Shown piece after piece: positions 19,063 to 27,671 of a stretch of DNA of 64,000 bases (the first letter of the stretch is position 1; each line of letters begins with the position of its first letter). The DNA lies in the NCBI GenBank assembly GCA_001775095.1, contig MFCA01000022.1, positions 2,162-66,161 on the forward strand, read 5' to 3'. A program made the translations under genes and the position numbers. Below the pieces are notes generated by a model, which did not search any database, was not told the DNA's origin, and saw only the letters and a program-made list of their open reading frames with translations. The DNA is from Candidatus Curtissbacteria bacterium RIFOXYA1_FULL_41_14 (GTDB lineage Bacteria; Patescibacteriota; Microgenomatia; Curtissbacterales; GWA2-41-24).

Positions 19063-20148
19063 TTGTTTGGAATGAAAGTGGTACAGATAAGAAAATACGG
19101 AGGGAATGAAGTTTTGGAGGTTAGTGATATACCAAAATCAAAACCCGGTAAAAATCAGGTATTGGTTGTGGTACATGCGGCAAGCGTTAACCCCTTTGAT
19201 TTGGCTGTCCGCTCAGGAGGAATGAGAAGTGTCTCATCCTTACAATTACCGTTTACTCTGGGCGGCGATTTTGCCGGAGTTGTTTTAGAAACTGGTGAAG
19301 ATGTAGTTGATTTTAAAATTGGTGATGAAGTTTACGGCAGCGCAATTGTATTTGGCAGTGGTTCCGGAGCTTTTGCCCAAGAGGTTAGTGTGAACATCGC
19401 AAATTGCGCTTTAAAGCCTAAAGGGGTAAATATGCAAGAGGCAGCCGCGCTGCCGCTTGTCGGATCAAGCGCTGTGCAGGCGCTTGAGGAACATATCAAA
19501 TTAAAAAATAATCAAAAGATATTGATCCATGGCGGCGCAGGCGGAATCGGCCATATTGCGATCCAGCTTGCCAAATCGAAAGGCGCGTACGTTGCCGCAA
19601 CAGTAGGGGACAAAGATAGGGAATTTGTCGAAAGGCTTGGCGCGGATGAGGTGATCGACTATAAACTTCCGAGGGCTAAGAGCCCTCGGTCTTGTTCTTT
19701 AAGTTTATATGAGCGAGCAGATGACTCAAATACTCGGAAGTATGTATTCTCTCGCATTCAGCCGCGGACTGATAGTCCACGGTATTCTGCGAGCGAATAT
19801 AAAAATCAGAAATTCGAAGATATCTTATCAGATTTTGATGCAGTGTATGATACTGTCGGAGGCGATGTCACAGAAAGGTCTTTTAGAGTTTTGAAAAAGG
19901 GCGGAATACTTGTTTCTATGAAAGGACAGCCTGATGAGAAGCTAGCTCAAAAATACCAGGTGTTTGCTATCGGACAATTCACAAAAATTAACGCAGAGCA
20001 CTTGAAGCGGCTTTCAGAACTGGTCGATGCAGACGTTGTCAAAGTTCATGTCGACAAGATTTTTACACTTGATGCGATAAAAGATGCTTTCGAATATCAA
20101 GAGATCGGCCATCCCCAAGGAAAGGTTGTTGTTAAAATTGGAAATTAA
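19063..20148 (+). CDS. Zn-independent MDR-family NADPH:quinone oxidoreductase, carrying a ~45-aa in-frame insertion encoded by a repeat element
   Basis: MKVVQIRKYGGNEVLEV...VLVVVHAASVNPFD and a GxGxxG-type GGAGGIGHIAIQ. The insertion lies between VIDYKL and FEDILSDFDAVYDTVGG. Confidence 0.7.
   Translation: MFGMKVVQIRKYGGNEVLEVSDIPKSKPGKNQVLVVVHAASVNPFDLAVRSGGMRSVSSLQLPFTLGGDFAGVVLETGEDVVDFKIGDEVYGSAIVFGSGSGAFAQEVSVNIANCALKPKGVNMQEAAALPLVGSSAVQALEEHIKLKNNQKILIHGGAGGIGHIAIQLAKSKGAYVAATVGDKDREFVERLGADEVIDYKLPRAKSPRSCSLSLYERADDSNTRKYVFSRIQPRTDSPRYSASEYKNQKFEDILSDFDAVYDTVGGDVTERSFRVLKKGGILVSMKGQPDEKLAQKYQVFAIGQFTKINAEHLKRLSELVDADVVKVHVDKIFTLDAIKDAFEYQEIGHPQGKVVVKIGN
19664..19798. mobile_element. 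~135-bp palindrome-rich repeat lying in-frame inside the quinone-oxidoreductase gene. The reverse-complement copy is at 58243-58378.
   Basis: RC alignment with 58243-58378 is about 85% identical by eye. Includes the CCGAGGGCT-AAG-AGCCCTCGG and CCGYGGACT-RAT-AGTCCACGG hairpins. Confidence 0.65.
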
Positions 20149-20206
20149 GATTAATAAACAATCTACATATCCTCTTGACTACCATTTTCGCGGTGAGAGG
20201 CTGGCT

Positions 20207-20498
20207 ATGAGGCCATTGTATGACAAGCTGATTGCAAAACTGGCTAAGGAGCTGAGCTTCAAATACAAAATTGGTAAAGCTTATATTGGTTTAATACATA
20301 CCCTTGTTTTTTTGCGCACTGCATATTCAAACAAAAAAGATAATTGTTGAATTTGTCCCTCGCAGGGAATTTAAAAACCCAAGGATTATAAAATCGAAAA
20401 AATTTCAAAAAGCACGCTGGGCGCAATATGTGGAATTAAAAGGGCTAAGCGATATAGATGGAGAACTTATTGACTGGATTCGTTTCTCGTACGAATAA
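20207..20498 (+). pseudogene. Apparent frameshifted small gene (two overlapping frames, 20207-20350 and 20304-20498, joined near an A6 run); possibly DUF5655-like
   Basis: Two consecutive ORFs in different frames with continuous coding-like sequence. The A-run at about 20333-20339 is the likely slippage site. Confidence 0.25.
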
Positions 20499-20562
20499 TT
20501 TCTTTGGCCCAAAAGCTCCTCAAATGTTAAAATAAATACCACAGTCGGTAATTGAATTAGAA

Positions 20563-21306
20563 ATGCTCTGGTATATATTACTCGCCACTTTTTTTGCCTC
20601 AATAGCCTCGCTTCTTTTGGCGGCATTTTCTCTCTTTTGGCAGAACTTTTTCAAAAAATATTCTTTCCATATGGTTGCATTTGCAGCTGGGGCGCTTTTG
20701 ACAACAGGGTTTTTAGATACTATGCCAGAAGCGATTGAGGCAAGCGAAAAATCATTTTTGACGATTACCATTTTTATTGCTTTGTTTTTCCTGATTGAAA
20801 AAGTACTTTTAGGTATGCACCACCATCATCCTAAGGAAAGTGAAGAGAGAAAACTAAGGATGCCGCTTGCCTTTCTTCTATTTGGCGATGCGCTTCATAA
20901 TTTTATTGACGGGGTTTCCATTGCCTCAACATTTCTGGTTAGTTTTCCTCTTGGGATTGTGACTTCCGCCGCGGTTTTTGTTCATGAAATACCTCATGAG
21001 CTTGGAGATTTTGGAATCCTTATCCACTTGGGATATGAAAGATTGAAGGTGTTGGGTTTTAATGCGTTGACAGGATTGGGAGCAATTTTTGGTGCAGTCG
21101 GTGGTTTTTATCTTGGCGGCAAAATCGAGGGACTTTTACCAATTTTTCTTTCACTTGCGAGCGCAAATTTTATCTACCTTGCGCTTTCCGATTTGATACC
21201 CGAAGTTCAGGAAAAATCTAAGGGGGATCGTAGCTTCTTAACGGCTATATTTTTCCTTCTTGGTATTTTATTTATAAGTCTTTTGACAAGTTTCGTCCCA
21301 GAATGA
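20563..21306 (+). CDS. zupT: ZIP-family divalent metal transporter
   Basis: HHHHP loop and the HEIPHELGDFGILI signature. Confidence 0.75.
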   Translation: MLWYILLATFFASIASLLLAAFSLFWQNFFKKYSFHMVAFAAGALLTTGFLDTMPEAIEASEKSFLTITIFIALFFLIEKVLLGMHHHHPKESEERKLRMPLAFLLFGDALHNFIDGVSIASTFLVSFPLGIVTSAAVFVHEIPHELGDFGILIHLGYERLKVLGFNALTGLGAIFGAVGGFYLGGKIEGLLPIFLSLASANFIYLALSDLIPEVQEKSKGDRSFLTAIFFLLGILFISLLTSFVPE

Positions 21307-21321
21307 AAGGGGTTGAAACCT

Positions 21322-21396
21322 ATATTGTTCGAGCCCTTCGTCGAAGCTCAGGGCGAGAACTGTCAGACTTCTCACTTTGTTCGAAGAAGAATAAGG
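21322..21396. mobile_element. MITE-like element variant with the same TTGTTCGAGC...TTGTTCGAAGAA arms as the other copies but a CCCTTCGTCGAAGCTCAGGGCGAG core
   Basis: Arms are shared with the copies at 34981-35095 and 24961-25150. The core belongs to the CTTCG...CTCAGG motif family. Confidence 0.5.
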
Positions 21397-21413
21397 TTAT
21401 CAACGGACTAAAA

Positions 21414-22337
21414 TTAGGATTCCTGGGGTAGTTTTTTAGTTTTTCTTTTTCTAACAATATAAATAATCACCAAAAGCGGTACCCAAATTACCGAATATAC
21501 ACCTACCCAAATCGAAGCATTTGCCCCAGACCGCATCGTACCCAAAAGGCTTCTGACCGCTTGTTTAAGAACAAGCTGTGGCCTGAATGCTTTGTCCGGG
21601 GTATAAGGTAGAGCCAACTCATCGGTCGAAAGATAAGCTGTTACTTTGGAAAGATTAGCATTCTGCTCAAGCGATTTTTGCTGGCCAACTAGTGAGTCAA
21701 TTTGGCTCTGGATACTTATTAGTTCCCTCTGAACTTGCAGAATCTCTGTAACAGCCACAGCCTTATCCAGAATTTGCTCAAATTTTGCTTTGGTTTTTTG
21801 AAGTGTGGCAATTCTTGCTTCGATATCAACATACTGATCAGTTACGTCTTTGCCGAGAAGCCTTTCGCTGGTGACTTTAATCGCCAGCGATCTGAAATAG
21901 TTAAGTGTTTCATCAAGCTTATTTTCCGGAATTCTAACCGTGATTGTGGCAAATGGAGATTCGTTGGGTCTATTGTAGGAGGCTTCGACCATGTAACCAC
22001 CGGCGCTTTTGGCCCGGTCAATAATTTTTTCGCCGGTTGCTTTTACATCGTTTACTAAGAGCGAAAGATTGGAGTTTTTGACAACCATGCGCTCGCTGTC
22101 AGTAGTTGTTGGGGGAGCCTCCTGAGAAGAGTCCGGAAGACCAAGCTTTGTTGAGGGTAGCATTCCAAGTGCCGGCTCTTCCATTGTCGCTATTCCGGAT
22201 GACGGCGGACTGATTGATCTTTCCACTGACCTGGTTCTCAACGCACCGCCGGATAATTCTCTAAAGAGAAGGAATAAGATAATTAAGGAAAGAGCGAAAA
22301 CGAGTTTATTTGTTTTTAGCCAGTTAACAACAGCCAC
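21414..22337 (-). CDS. DUF4349-domain membrane-anchored protein
   Basis: N-terminal and C-terminal TM segments. Coiled-coil DVTDQYVDIEARIATLQKTKAKFEQIL is typical of DUF4349. Confidence 0.45.
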   Translation of the reverse strand: MAVVNWLKTNKLVFALSLIILFLLFRELSGGALRTRSVERSISPPSSGIATMEEPALGMLPSTKLGLPDSSQEAPPTTTDSERMVVKNSNLSLLVNDVKATGEKIIDRAKSAGGYMVEASYNRPNESPFATITVRIPENKLDETLNYFRSLAIKVTSERLLGKDVTDQYVDIEARIATLQKTKAKFEQILDKAVAVTEILQVQRELISIQSQIDSLVGQQKSLEQNANLSKVTAYLSTDELALPYTPDKAFRPQLVLKQAVRSLLGTMRSGANASIWVGVYSVIWVPLLVIIYIVRKRKTKKLPQES

Positions 22338-22370
22338 TTATTACATTTTAGAATTGTTGTTTGCGATTTA

Positions 22371-23063
22371 TCAAGTTTTGTTATAAGCGGATAGTTCGCG
22401 GAGGGCGTCGTGAGCGATCCATTTGGCTGATTTTGAATCGATTTTCTCGATTTCTTTTGCCAAGTCTATGGCTTTTCCAAGAAGTTTCGGCCGGCTTTTG
22501 GCGATTTGGCGAAGGGCCCAGTTAACTGCCTTTTTGACGAAATTTCGCTCATCAGTCGAGTACTTTTTGATCAGTGGAAAGAATTCCAAAAATCTTGCAT
22601 CCGGGGAAGTTTTATCGTGCCAGGCAAGGCAAGCCATTAGGGCAAAGCCGGCACGGCGGATAAATTCCTCCTCATTTCGTGTCCACTTCTTTGCTTTTTC
22701 AAAGGCGAAAGGAGTTTTGTCGAAAAGATTCATGCAGACTTGATCGCAGACGTCCCAGGAATCAAAATCTCTCACCCAGGCATCCATCTGTTTTTCTGAA
22801 ACTTCACTCGGGTCGTCAACCATCGATGCTAAAATTTTTACCTCGTGGATACCGGAGTTCCAAAGCTCTTGCGCTAAGTTATGCCTGCCCGCCGTATCTT
22901 TAGAGAAGGCGGGCTGTTTGCCAGTTTCCCTGGCAGTTTTGCGCAAAACTGGAATTGGAACACCCAAGGTATTTTTGGGGTTTATCCCGAAACGCGCCAT
23001 CCCTGCGACATTTTTCGGATTGGCCTGTAAGCGGAGTTTGGCAATGATTGCCTCGGCGTTCAT
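22371..23063 (-). CDS. DNA alkylation repair enzyme (AlkC/AlkD-like HEAT-repeat glycosylase family)
   Basis: PF08713-like pattern: NPKNVAGMARFGI...VPIPVLRKTARE...ELWNSGIHEVKILA. Confidence 0.55.
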   Translation of the reverse strand: MNAEAIIAKLRLQANPKNVAGMARFGINPKNTLGVPIPVLRKTARETGKQPAFSKDTAGRHNLAQELWNSGIHEVKILASMVDDPSEVSEKQMDAWVRDFDSWDVCDQVCMNLFDKTPFAFEKAKKWTRNEEEFIRRAGFALMACLAWHDKTSPDARFLEFFPLIKKYSTDERNFVKKAVNWALRQIAKSRPKLLGKAIDLAKEIEKIDSKSAKWIAHDALRELSAYNKT

Positions 23064-23208
23064 ATTTATAGTTTAAATTATAAAATAAGTTTTGGTCTAG
23101 CGCAGACCGTGGCGGCGAAAAATCCAAGTTGCTGTTGGCAAAGTCACAACAGAACCTCCCGTATCTTTCAATCCGTAGGAAAAGGGTAAAATAGACTCTG
23201 GACTACTG

Positions 23209-24198
23209 ATGAAAAAGTTATTTGCGGCGGTTTTGCTATTTATACTGGTCATAATTGGTTTTTATGTATCGCAAATGGACAGAGGAAAAATTACGGTTAG
23301 TGAGAAATCCGGTACAAACGTACCGCCGGTTATTGAGCAAAAAATTGAGGATCAAACAATCACCATAATCTCGACGGGGGATATAGGTTTGGTGCGGGAC
23401 GTTAACAATGAAATACAAATAAGGCATGATCCGAATTATCCTTTTTTGAAAATTGCGCCTTATTTGAAAAGTGCTGATTTAACAGTTACGAATCTGGAAG
23501 GCCCACTCATCAAGAACTGTCCAATTGCTCTAACCGGCTTTACTTTTTGCGGAAAGGATACAAATGTCAATGGACTTACCTTTGCCGGGATTGATGCTGC
23601 CAGTCTTGCCAACAACCACGCCACTAACTTTGGATTCAACAGTCTGGCTGAAACCGCCGCTGTCCTTAAGTCAAATGGTATCGCCCCTTTTGGCTTGGCG
23701 GACAAAATTGAATATATCAACATCAAAGACAAAAAGGTCGCGCTTGTTGGTTTTGTCGAACTCGGTAACAATTGGGCGGGACTAAACAATTCTACTTTAG
23801 AAAATGTTGCAAGACTAGTATCGGAGGCCAAATCAAAAGCAAACATTATTATCGCCGCTTTTCATTGGGGTGTTGAATATACTCGTAGACCCACTCAAAA
23901 CCAAGTTAATCTTGCCCACATTGCCATTGATAACGGAGCGGATATTGTGCTTGGAAATCACCCCCATTGGATTCAGGACAATGAAATTTACAAAGACAAA
24001 TTCATAACTTACGCACAGGGAAACACTATTTTTGATCAGGATTGGTCCCAGGAGACGAAAGAGGGAGTGATTTATAAATTTGAATATAGCGGGGAAGAGC
24101 TTAAAAAAATTGATGAAAAATACACAATAATTGAAAATAATAGCCAGCCAAGATTTGCGACAGAAGCTGAGACGGTTAATATTAAAAGTAAAATATGA
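23209..24198 (+). CDS. CapA/PGA_cap-family metallophosphatase-like protein, N-terminally anchored
   Basis: ISTGDIGL, ADLTVTNLEGPL, AAFHWGVEY and LGNHPHWIQ motifs. Confidence 0.6.
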   Translation: MKKLFAAVLLFILVIIGFYVSQMDRGKITVSEKSGTNVPPVIEQKIEDQTITIISTGDIGLVRDVNNEIQIRHDPNYPFLKIAPYLKSADLTVTNLEGPLIKNCPIALTGFTFCGKDTNVNGLTFAGIDAASLANNHATNFGFNSLAETAAVLKSNGIAPFGLADKIEYINIKDKKVALVGFVELGNNWAGLNNSTLENVARLVSEAKSKANIIIAAFHWGVEYTRRPTQNQVNLAHIAIDNGADIVLGNHPHWIQDNEIYKDKFITYAQGNTIFDQDWSQETKEGVIYKFEYSGEELKKIDEKYTIIENNSQPRFATEAETVNIKSKI

Positions 24199-24244
24199 GT
24201 TAAGTTTTACTCAACTTATTTTTTGGTACAATCAGCTGGCAAGT

Positions 24245-24955
24245 ATGAACGATATCATTTTGGCAGCAAGAGAGGAATTAGAGGCCAGTGTTGATACAAA
24301 GACAAAGGAAAGTTTCCAAAGGTTTTTTAAAGAAAAGGTTACTTACTGGGGTGTTAAAACAAATACCGTTGAAAAGATCGCCAAGAAGTATTTTGCACAA
24401 ATAAAAGGTTTGGGTAAGGAGAAAGTCTTTGCGCTATGCGAGGAACTTTTGAAATCAAACTTTGGAGAAGAAGCCTGGATTGCGGCTAACTGGGCTTATT
24501 TTGTCCGTGATGATTATAAAATAAGCGACATTTTAATTTTTGAGCGCTGGATCGATAAATATATAAATGACTGGGCCAAGTGCGATACTCTTTGTAATCA
24601 CGCGGTGGGTGCGTTTGTAGAAAAGTTTCCAAAAACAATAGACAGATTAAAAACCTGGGCCAAGTCGGAAAATCTATGGCTCCGCCGCGCGGCAGCTGTT
24701 ACTCTGATCATTCCTGCCCGCCGGGGGAAATTCTTAAAAGATATTTTTGAGATTGCCGATATTCTTTTAAAAGATAGCGAAGATTTGGTCCAAAAAGGCT
24801 ATGGCTGGATGCTTAAAGTTGCAAGCCAAACCCATCAGAAGGAAGTATTTGAGTGGGTAATGAAGAACAAGGGGGAAATGCCAAGGACTGCTCTTCGCTA
24901 CGCGATTGAAAAAATGCCTCCGGACTTAAGAAGAAAAGCCATGGCGAAAAGTTAA
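24245..24955 (+). CDS. Second DNA alkylation repair enzyme (AlkD-like); start taken at ATG 24245
   Basis: FQRFFKEKVTYWGVKTNTVEKIAKKY...NLWLRRAAAVTLI. Paralogue of the gene at 22371-23063. Confidence 0.55.
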   Translation: MNDIILAAREELEASVDTKTKESFQRFFKEKVTYWGVKTNTVEKIAKKYFAQIKGLGKEKVFALCEELLKSNFGEEAWIAANWAYFVRDDYKISDILIFERWIDKYINDWAKCDTLCNHAVGAFVEKFPKTIDRLKTWAKSENLWLRRAAAVTLIIPARRGKFLKDIFEIADILLKDSEDLVQKGYGWMLKVASQTHQKEVFEWVMKNKGEMPRTALRYAIEKMPPDLRRKAMAKS

Positions 24956-24960
24956 TAGTA

Positions 24961-25150
24961 TTAGCTTTGAGCTTATTAACCCTTATTGTTCGAGCCCCTC
25001 GTTGAAACTCAGGACGAGAACAACATGCTTCGCATATTGTTCGAGCACAGGAGAGTACCATCCGGTACTCTCCGTAGCGAGAACTTTCTGACTTCTCACT
25101 TTGTCGAGTCTAACTCGACTTTGTTCGAAGAATAACAAGGTTTTCAACAA
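24961..25150. mobile_element. Composite, nested MITE-like element: the palindromic GGAGAGTACC core plus a CCCCTCGTTGAAACTCAGGACGAG module and a GTCGAGTCTAACTCGAC hairpin module
   Basis: Contains the arm motifs twice (TTATTGTTCGAGC at about 24983 and 25037), with different cores between them. Confidence 0.5.
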
Positions 25151-25203
25151 GATCTCGGCTCAAATGTTGACAAATATGTAACTATTGTATATACTTTGGT
25201 TAT

Positions 25204-25479
25204 ATGCAGACTGTAATTCATATAAAGGCTGATAAAGAAGTTAAGGAAAATGCCGCTAAGACCGCGCGGGATCTTGGTCTGAATTTAACAGATGTAATCA
25301 ATGCGTCTTTGCGCAATTTTATCAGAACCCGGGAAATAATTTTTTCTGATACTCCTCAAATGACCCCCGAACTTGAGAAACTCTTGGACAGGGTCGAAGA
25401 AGATATAAAGCATAACCGCAACATAGTTGGTCCTTTTAAGAGCGCTAAGGCGGCTAACGAGTATCTTGATTCCCTATGA
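25204..25479 (+). CDS. dinJ: RelB/DinJ-family antitoxin
   Basis: Ribbon-helix-helix N-terminus IKADKEVKENAAKTARDLGLNLTDVINASL. 4-nt overlap with the toxin gene. Confidence 0.6.
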   Translation: MQTVIHIKADKEVKENAAKTARDLGLNLTDVINASLRNFIRTREIIFSDTPQMTPELEKLLDRVEEDIKHNRNIVGPFKSAKAANEYLDSL

Positions 25480-25733
25480 TTATCAAATATCATAAGGATT
25501 TTATAAAAGACTTCAAAAAACTCCCCAAAAGAACCAAGGAAAAATTCAAAGAGAGGCAATTATTTTTTGAAAAAGATGAATTTGACCCTGTGTTAAACAA
25601 CCATGCGTTAAAAGGCAAATGGTTAGGATATAGGAGTATAAATGTGACAGGTGATATCAGAGCAATATTTAAGAGAGAGTCAGAAAGTGTACTGTTTGTC
25701 GCAATTGATACCCACAGTAATTTGTACGGATAA
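25476..25733 (+). CDS. yafQ: YafQ/RelE-family mRNA interferase toxin
   Basis: LPKRTKEKFKERQ...NHALKGKWLGYRSINVTGDIRAIF is typical of YafQ. Confidence 0.6.
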   Translation: MIIKYHKDFIKDFKKLPKRTKEKFKERQLFFEKDEFDPVLNNHALKGKWLGYRSINVTGDIRAIFKRESESVLFVAIDTHSNLYG

Positions 25734-25767
25734 AATCAAAATGAATGGTGAAAGCTCCTAATCCTTG

Positions 25768-26496
25768 TTAAGATTTAGTTTTAAACCATTCAATATAAAT
25801 TCTTTCAACTTCATCTCTAAAAGGTCCTTCTTTTATGCTGTGCGGAGCACCTTTCATAAAAACGTAAGTTAATTTATTCTTATCTTTTGTAGCATCAATA
25901 TAGTTTTGCACGGTTTGATGGGGAACGTAAGTGTCTTTTTCTGATTCGATAATTAGAATGTTGCCGTTAAAATTGTTAACGGCTTGCAAAGCATACGTTT
26001 CATTTGGTTTTTTAGCTTTTCTCCTCCACTCCATAATCGCAGGCACCTCGCTGCCTCCCGCTTTTGCTCTAGGTACTTTAAAAGCTCCTGAATCATAATC
26101 TGCAGGCACTCTAAGTACAAGATTCTTTACTGGTCTTTTTGAGGTTAGATAGGCTGCTCGGTATCCCCCGAAACTAGAACCTACAACGCTTATATTATTT
26201 TTATCTACCCCTTCCATTGTTGCAAAGAAATCATAAGCAGCTAGATCATCTTTGGTAAAATCCTCTGTTGTTGCCAAATTTACATCACTTTCACTCTCTC
26301 CGTGTCCTCTTGCGTCAAACAAAAAACAAATATACCCGAGTTTTGCTAGTGATTTGGCGTATTGAAAGCTATTTTCTTTTAATCCCGTCCAACCTTGAAT
26401 AAATAGGATTGCAGAATTATTCACTTTTGGATATTTAGGATAAAAAACATTCCCTTTGAGCTTTTGACTATCAACTACAAACTCTACCGATTTCAT
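25768..26496 (-). CDS. Alpha/beta hydrolase (dienelactone-hydrolase / S9-like)
   Basis: Nucleophile elbow VVGSSFGGY and a HGESE region. Confidence 0.6.
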   Translation of the reverse strand: MKSVEFVVDSQKLKGNVFYPKYPKVNNSAILFIQGWTGLKENSFQYAKSLAKLGYICFLFDARGHGESESDVNLATTEDFTKDDLAAYDFFATMEGVDKNNISVVGSSFGGYRAAYLTSKRPVKNLVLRVPADYDSGAFKVPRAKAGGSEVPAIMEWRRKAKKPNETYALQAVNNFNGNILIIESEKDTYVPHQTVQNYIDATKDKNKLTYVFMKGAPHSIKEGPFRDEVERIYIEWFKTKS

Positions 26497-26557
26497 GATG
26501 GCATTATAGCAGGAAGAGGGGCCTCGGTTTGTAAAGCTAATTTGATATACTTTTCTT

Positions 26558-27637
26558 ATGAATCTGTCAGTTGGAATAGTCGGGTTACCGAACGCTGGGA
26601 AGTCGACGCTTTTTAATGCCCTTCGCTCCGCTCAGGGTAAACTCTCCGGGCTGGCTACGGTTGCGAATTATCCTTTTACGACAATTGAGCCGAATGTCGG
26701 AATAGTAGAAGTCCCTGACAAACGTCTTAAGAAGTTAAAAGAAGTTGTTGAAAAAAGCGAGGGATTGAACCCCAACTTCAAAGTTATCCCGGCAATTGTA
26801 AAATTTGTGGATATCGCCGGCCTTGTTAAAGGTGCCCATAAGGGTGAAGGTTTGGGAAATCAATTCCTCTCGCATATCCGTGAAGTTGATGCGATTGTTT
26901 TTCTGCTTCGCGACTTTGAAAACCCGGATGTTGTTAGAACCGGTGAAAATCCGGATGCGGATCTGGCGGTTTTAAAAAGTGAGCTACTTCTTAAGGATTT
27001 GGAGACAATAGAAAGGCAACAAGAAACAAGAAACAAGAAACAGGAAACAAGTAACAAGTTCAAAAGTGCTTTGGAGAAGCTTCAGGAGGGGATAGCAAAG
27101 GGGGTTATGGCAAAGGATATTCAGTTGGACCAGCAGGAGCAACAGGAAGCAAAAAGCTTAAGCCTTTTAACATCAAAGGAATTTTTGATTGTCGTAAACA
27201 GTAATGAGGGTGATCTAAACAAAGAGCCACCGATTAATGGGTCGATTAGGATTAGTGCCAAACTTGAGAGTGAACTAGCTGATTTATCCCGTGAGGAGCA
27301 AGAGGAATATCTAAAAGAACTGGGTGTTTCGGAACCGGGACTTAATCGGTTGATTAAAATAGCCTATGAAACTTTAGGACTTTGTACATTCTTTACTGCC
27401 GGACCGAAAGAAGTTCGTGCCTGGACTGTTCGATGCGGTTCGCTTGCTCCTGCGGCAGCTGGCGTAATCCACAGCGATTTTGAAAGAGGATTTATCGCGG
27501 CAGATGTAATTAGTTGGGAAGAACTAGTTAAGATTGGCGGCTGGCAAAAAGCAAAAGCGGGAGGACTTATTAAAACAGTCGGAAAGTCGGAAGAAATTAA
27601 AGACGGGATGGTTGTGGAATTTAAGTTTAGTGTTTGA
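26558..27637 (+). CDS. ychF: Ribosome-binding ATPase YchF. The CCTTCGCTCCGCTCAGGGTAAAC element is in-frame near codons 22-30, and a heptamer SSR lies in the helical domain.
   Basis: G1 motif [18 protein letters not shown]-terminal TGS domain [25 protein letters not shown]. Confidence 0.8.
   Translation: MNLSVGIVGLPNAGKSTLFNALRSAQGKLSGLATVANYPFTTIEPNVGIVEVPDKRLKKLKEVVEKSEGLNPNFKVIPAIVKFVDIAGLVKGAHKGEGLGNQFLSHIREVDAIVFLLRDFENPDVVRTGENPDADLAVLKSELLLKDLETIERQQETRNKKQETSNKFKSALEKLQEGIAKGVMAKDIQLDQQEQQEAKSLSLLTSKEFLIVVNSNEGDLNKEPPINGSIRISAKLESELADLSREEQEEYLKELGVSEPGLNRLIKIAYETLGLCTFFTAGPKEVRAWTVRCGSLAPAAAGVIHSDFERGFIAADVISWEELVKIGGWQKAKAGGLIKTVGKSEEIKDGMVVEFKFSV
27018..27059 (+). repeat. Six tandem heptamers (AACAAGA-like) inside ychF, encoding [14 protein letters not shown]
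   Basis: CAACAAGAAACAAGAAACAAGAAACAGGAAACAAGTAACAAG read directly. 42 nt, so the frame is preserved. Confidence 0.6.
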
Positions 27638-27671
27638 ATAAAAAGCTGTGGTCTGATATGATTTTTGCCAT

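Noticed and set aside
19709-19894. ORF 19709-19894 inside the oxidoreductase gene
   Set aside because: It is an alternative frame across the in-frame repeat element. The oxidoreductase frame is continuous and homologous on both sides.
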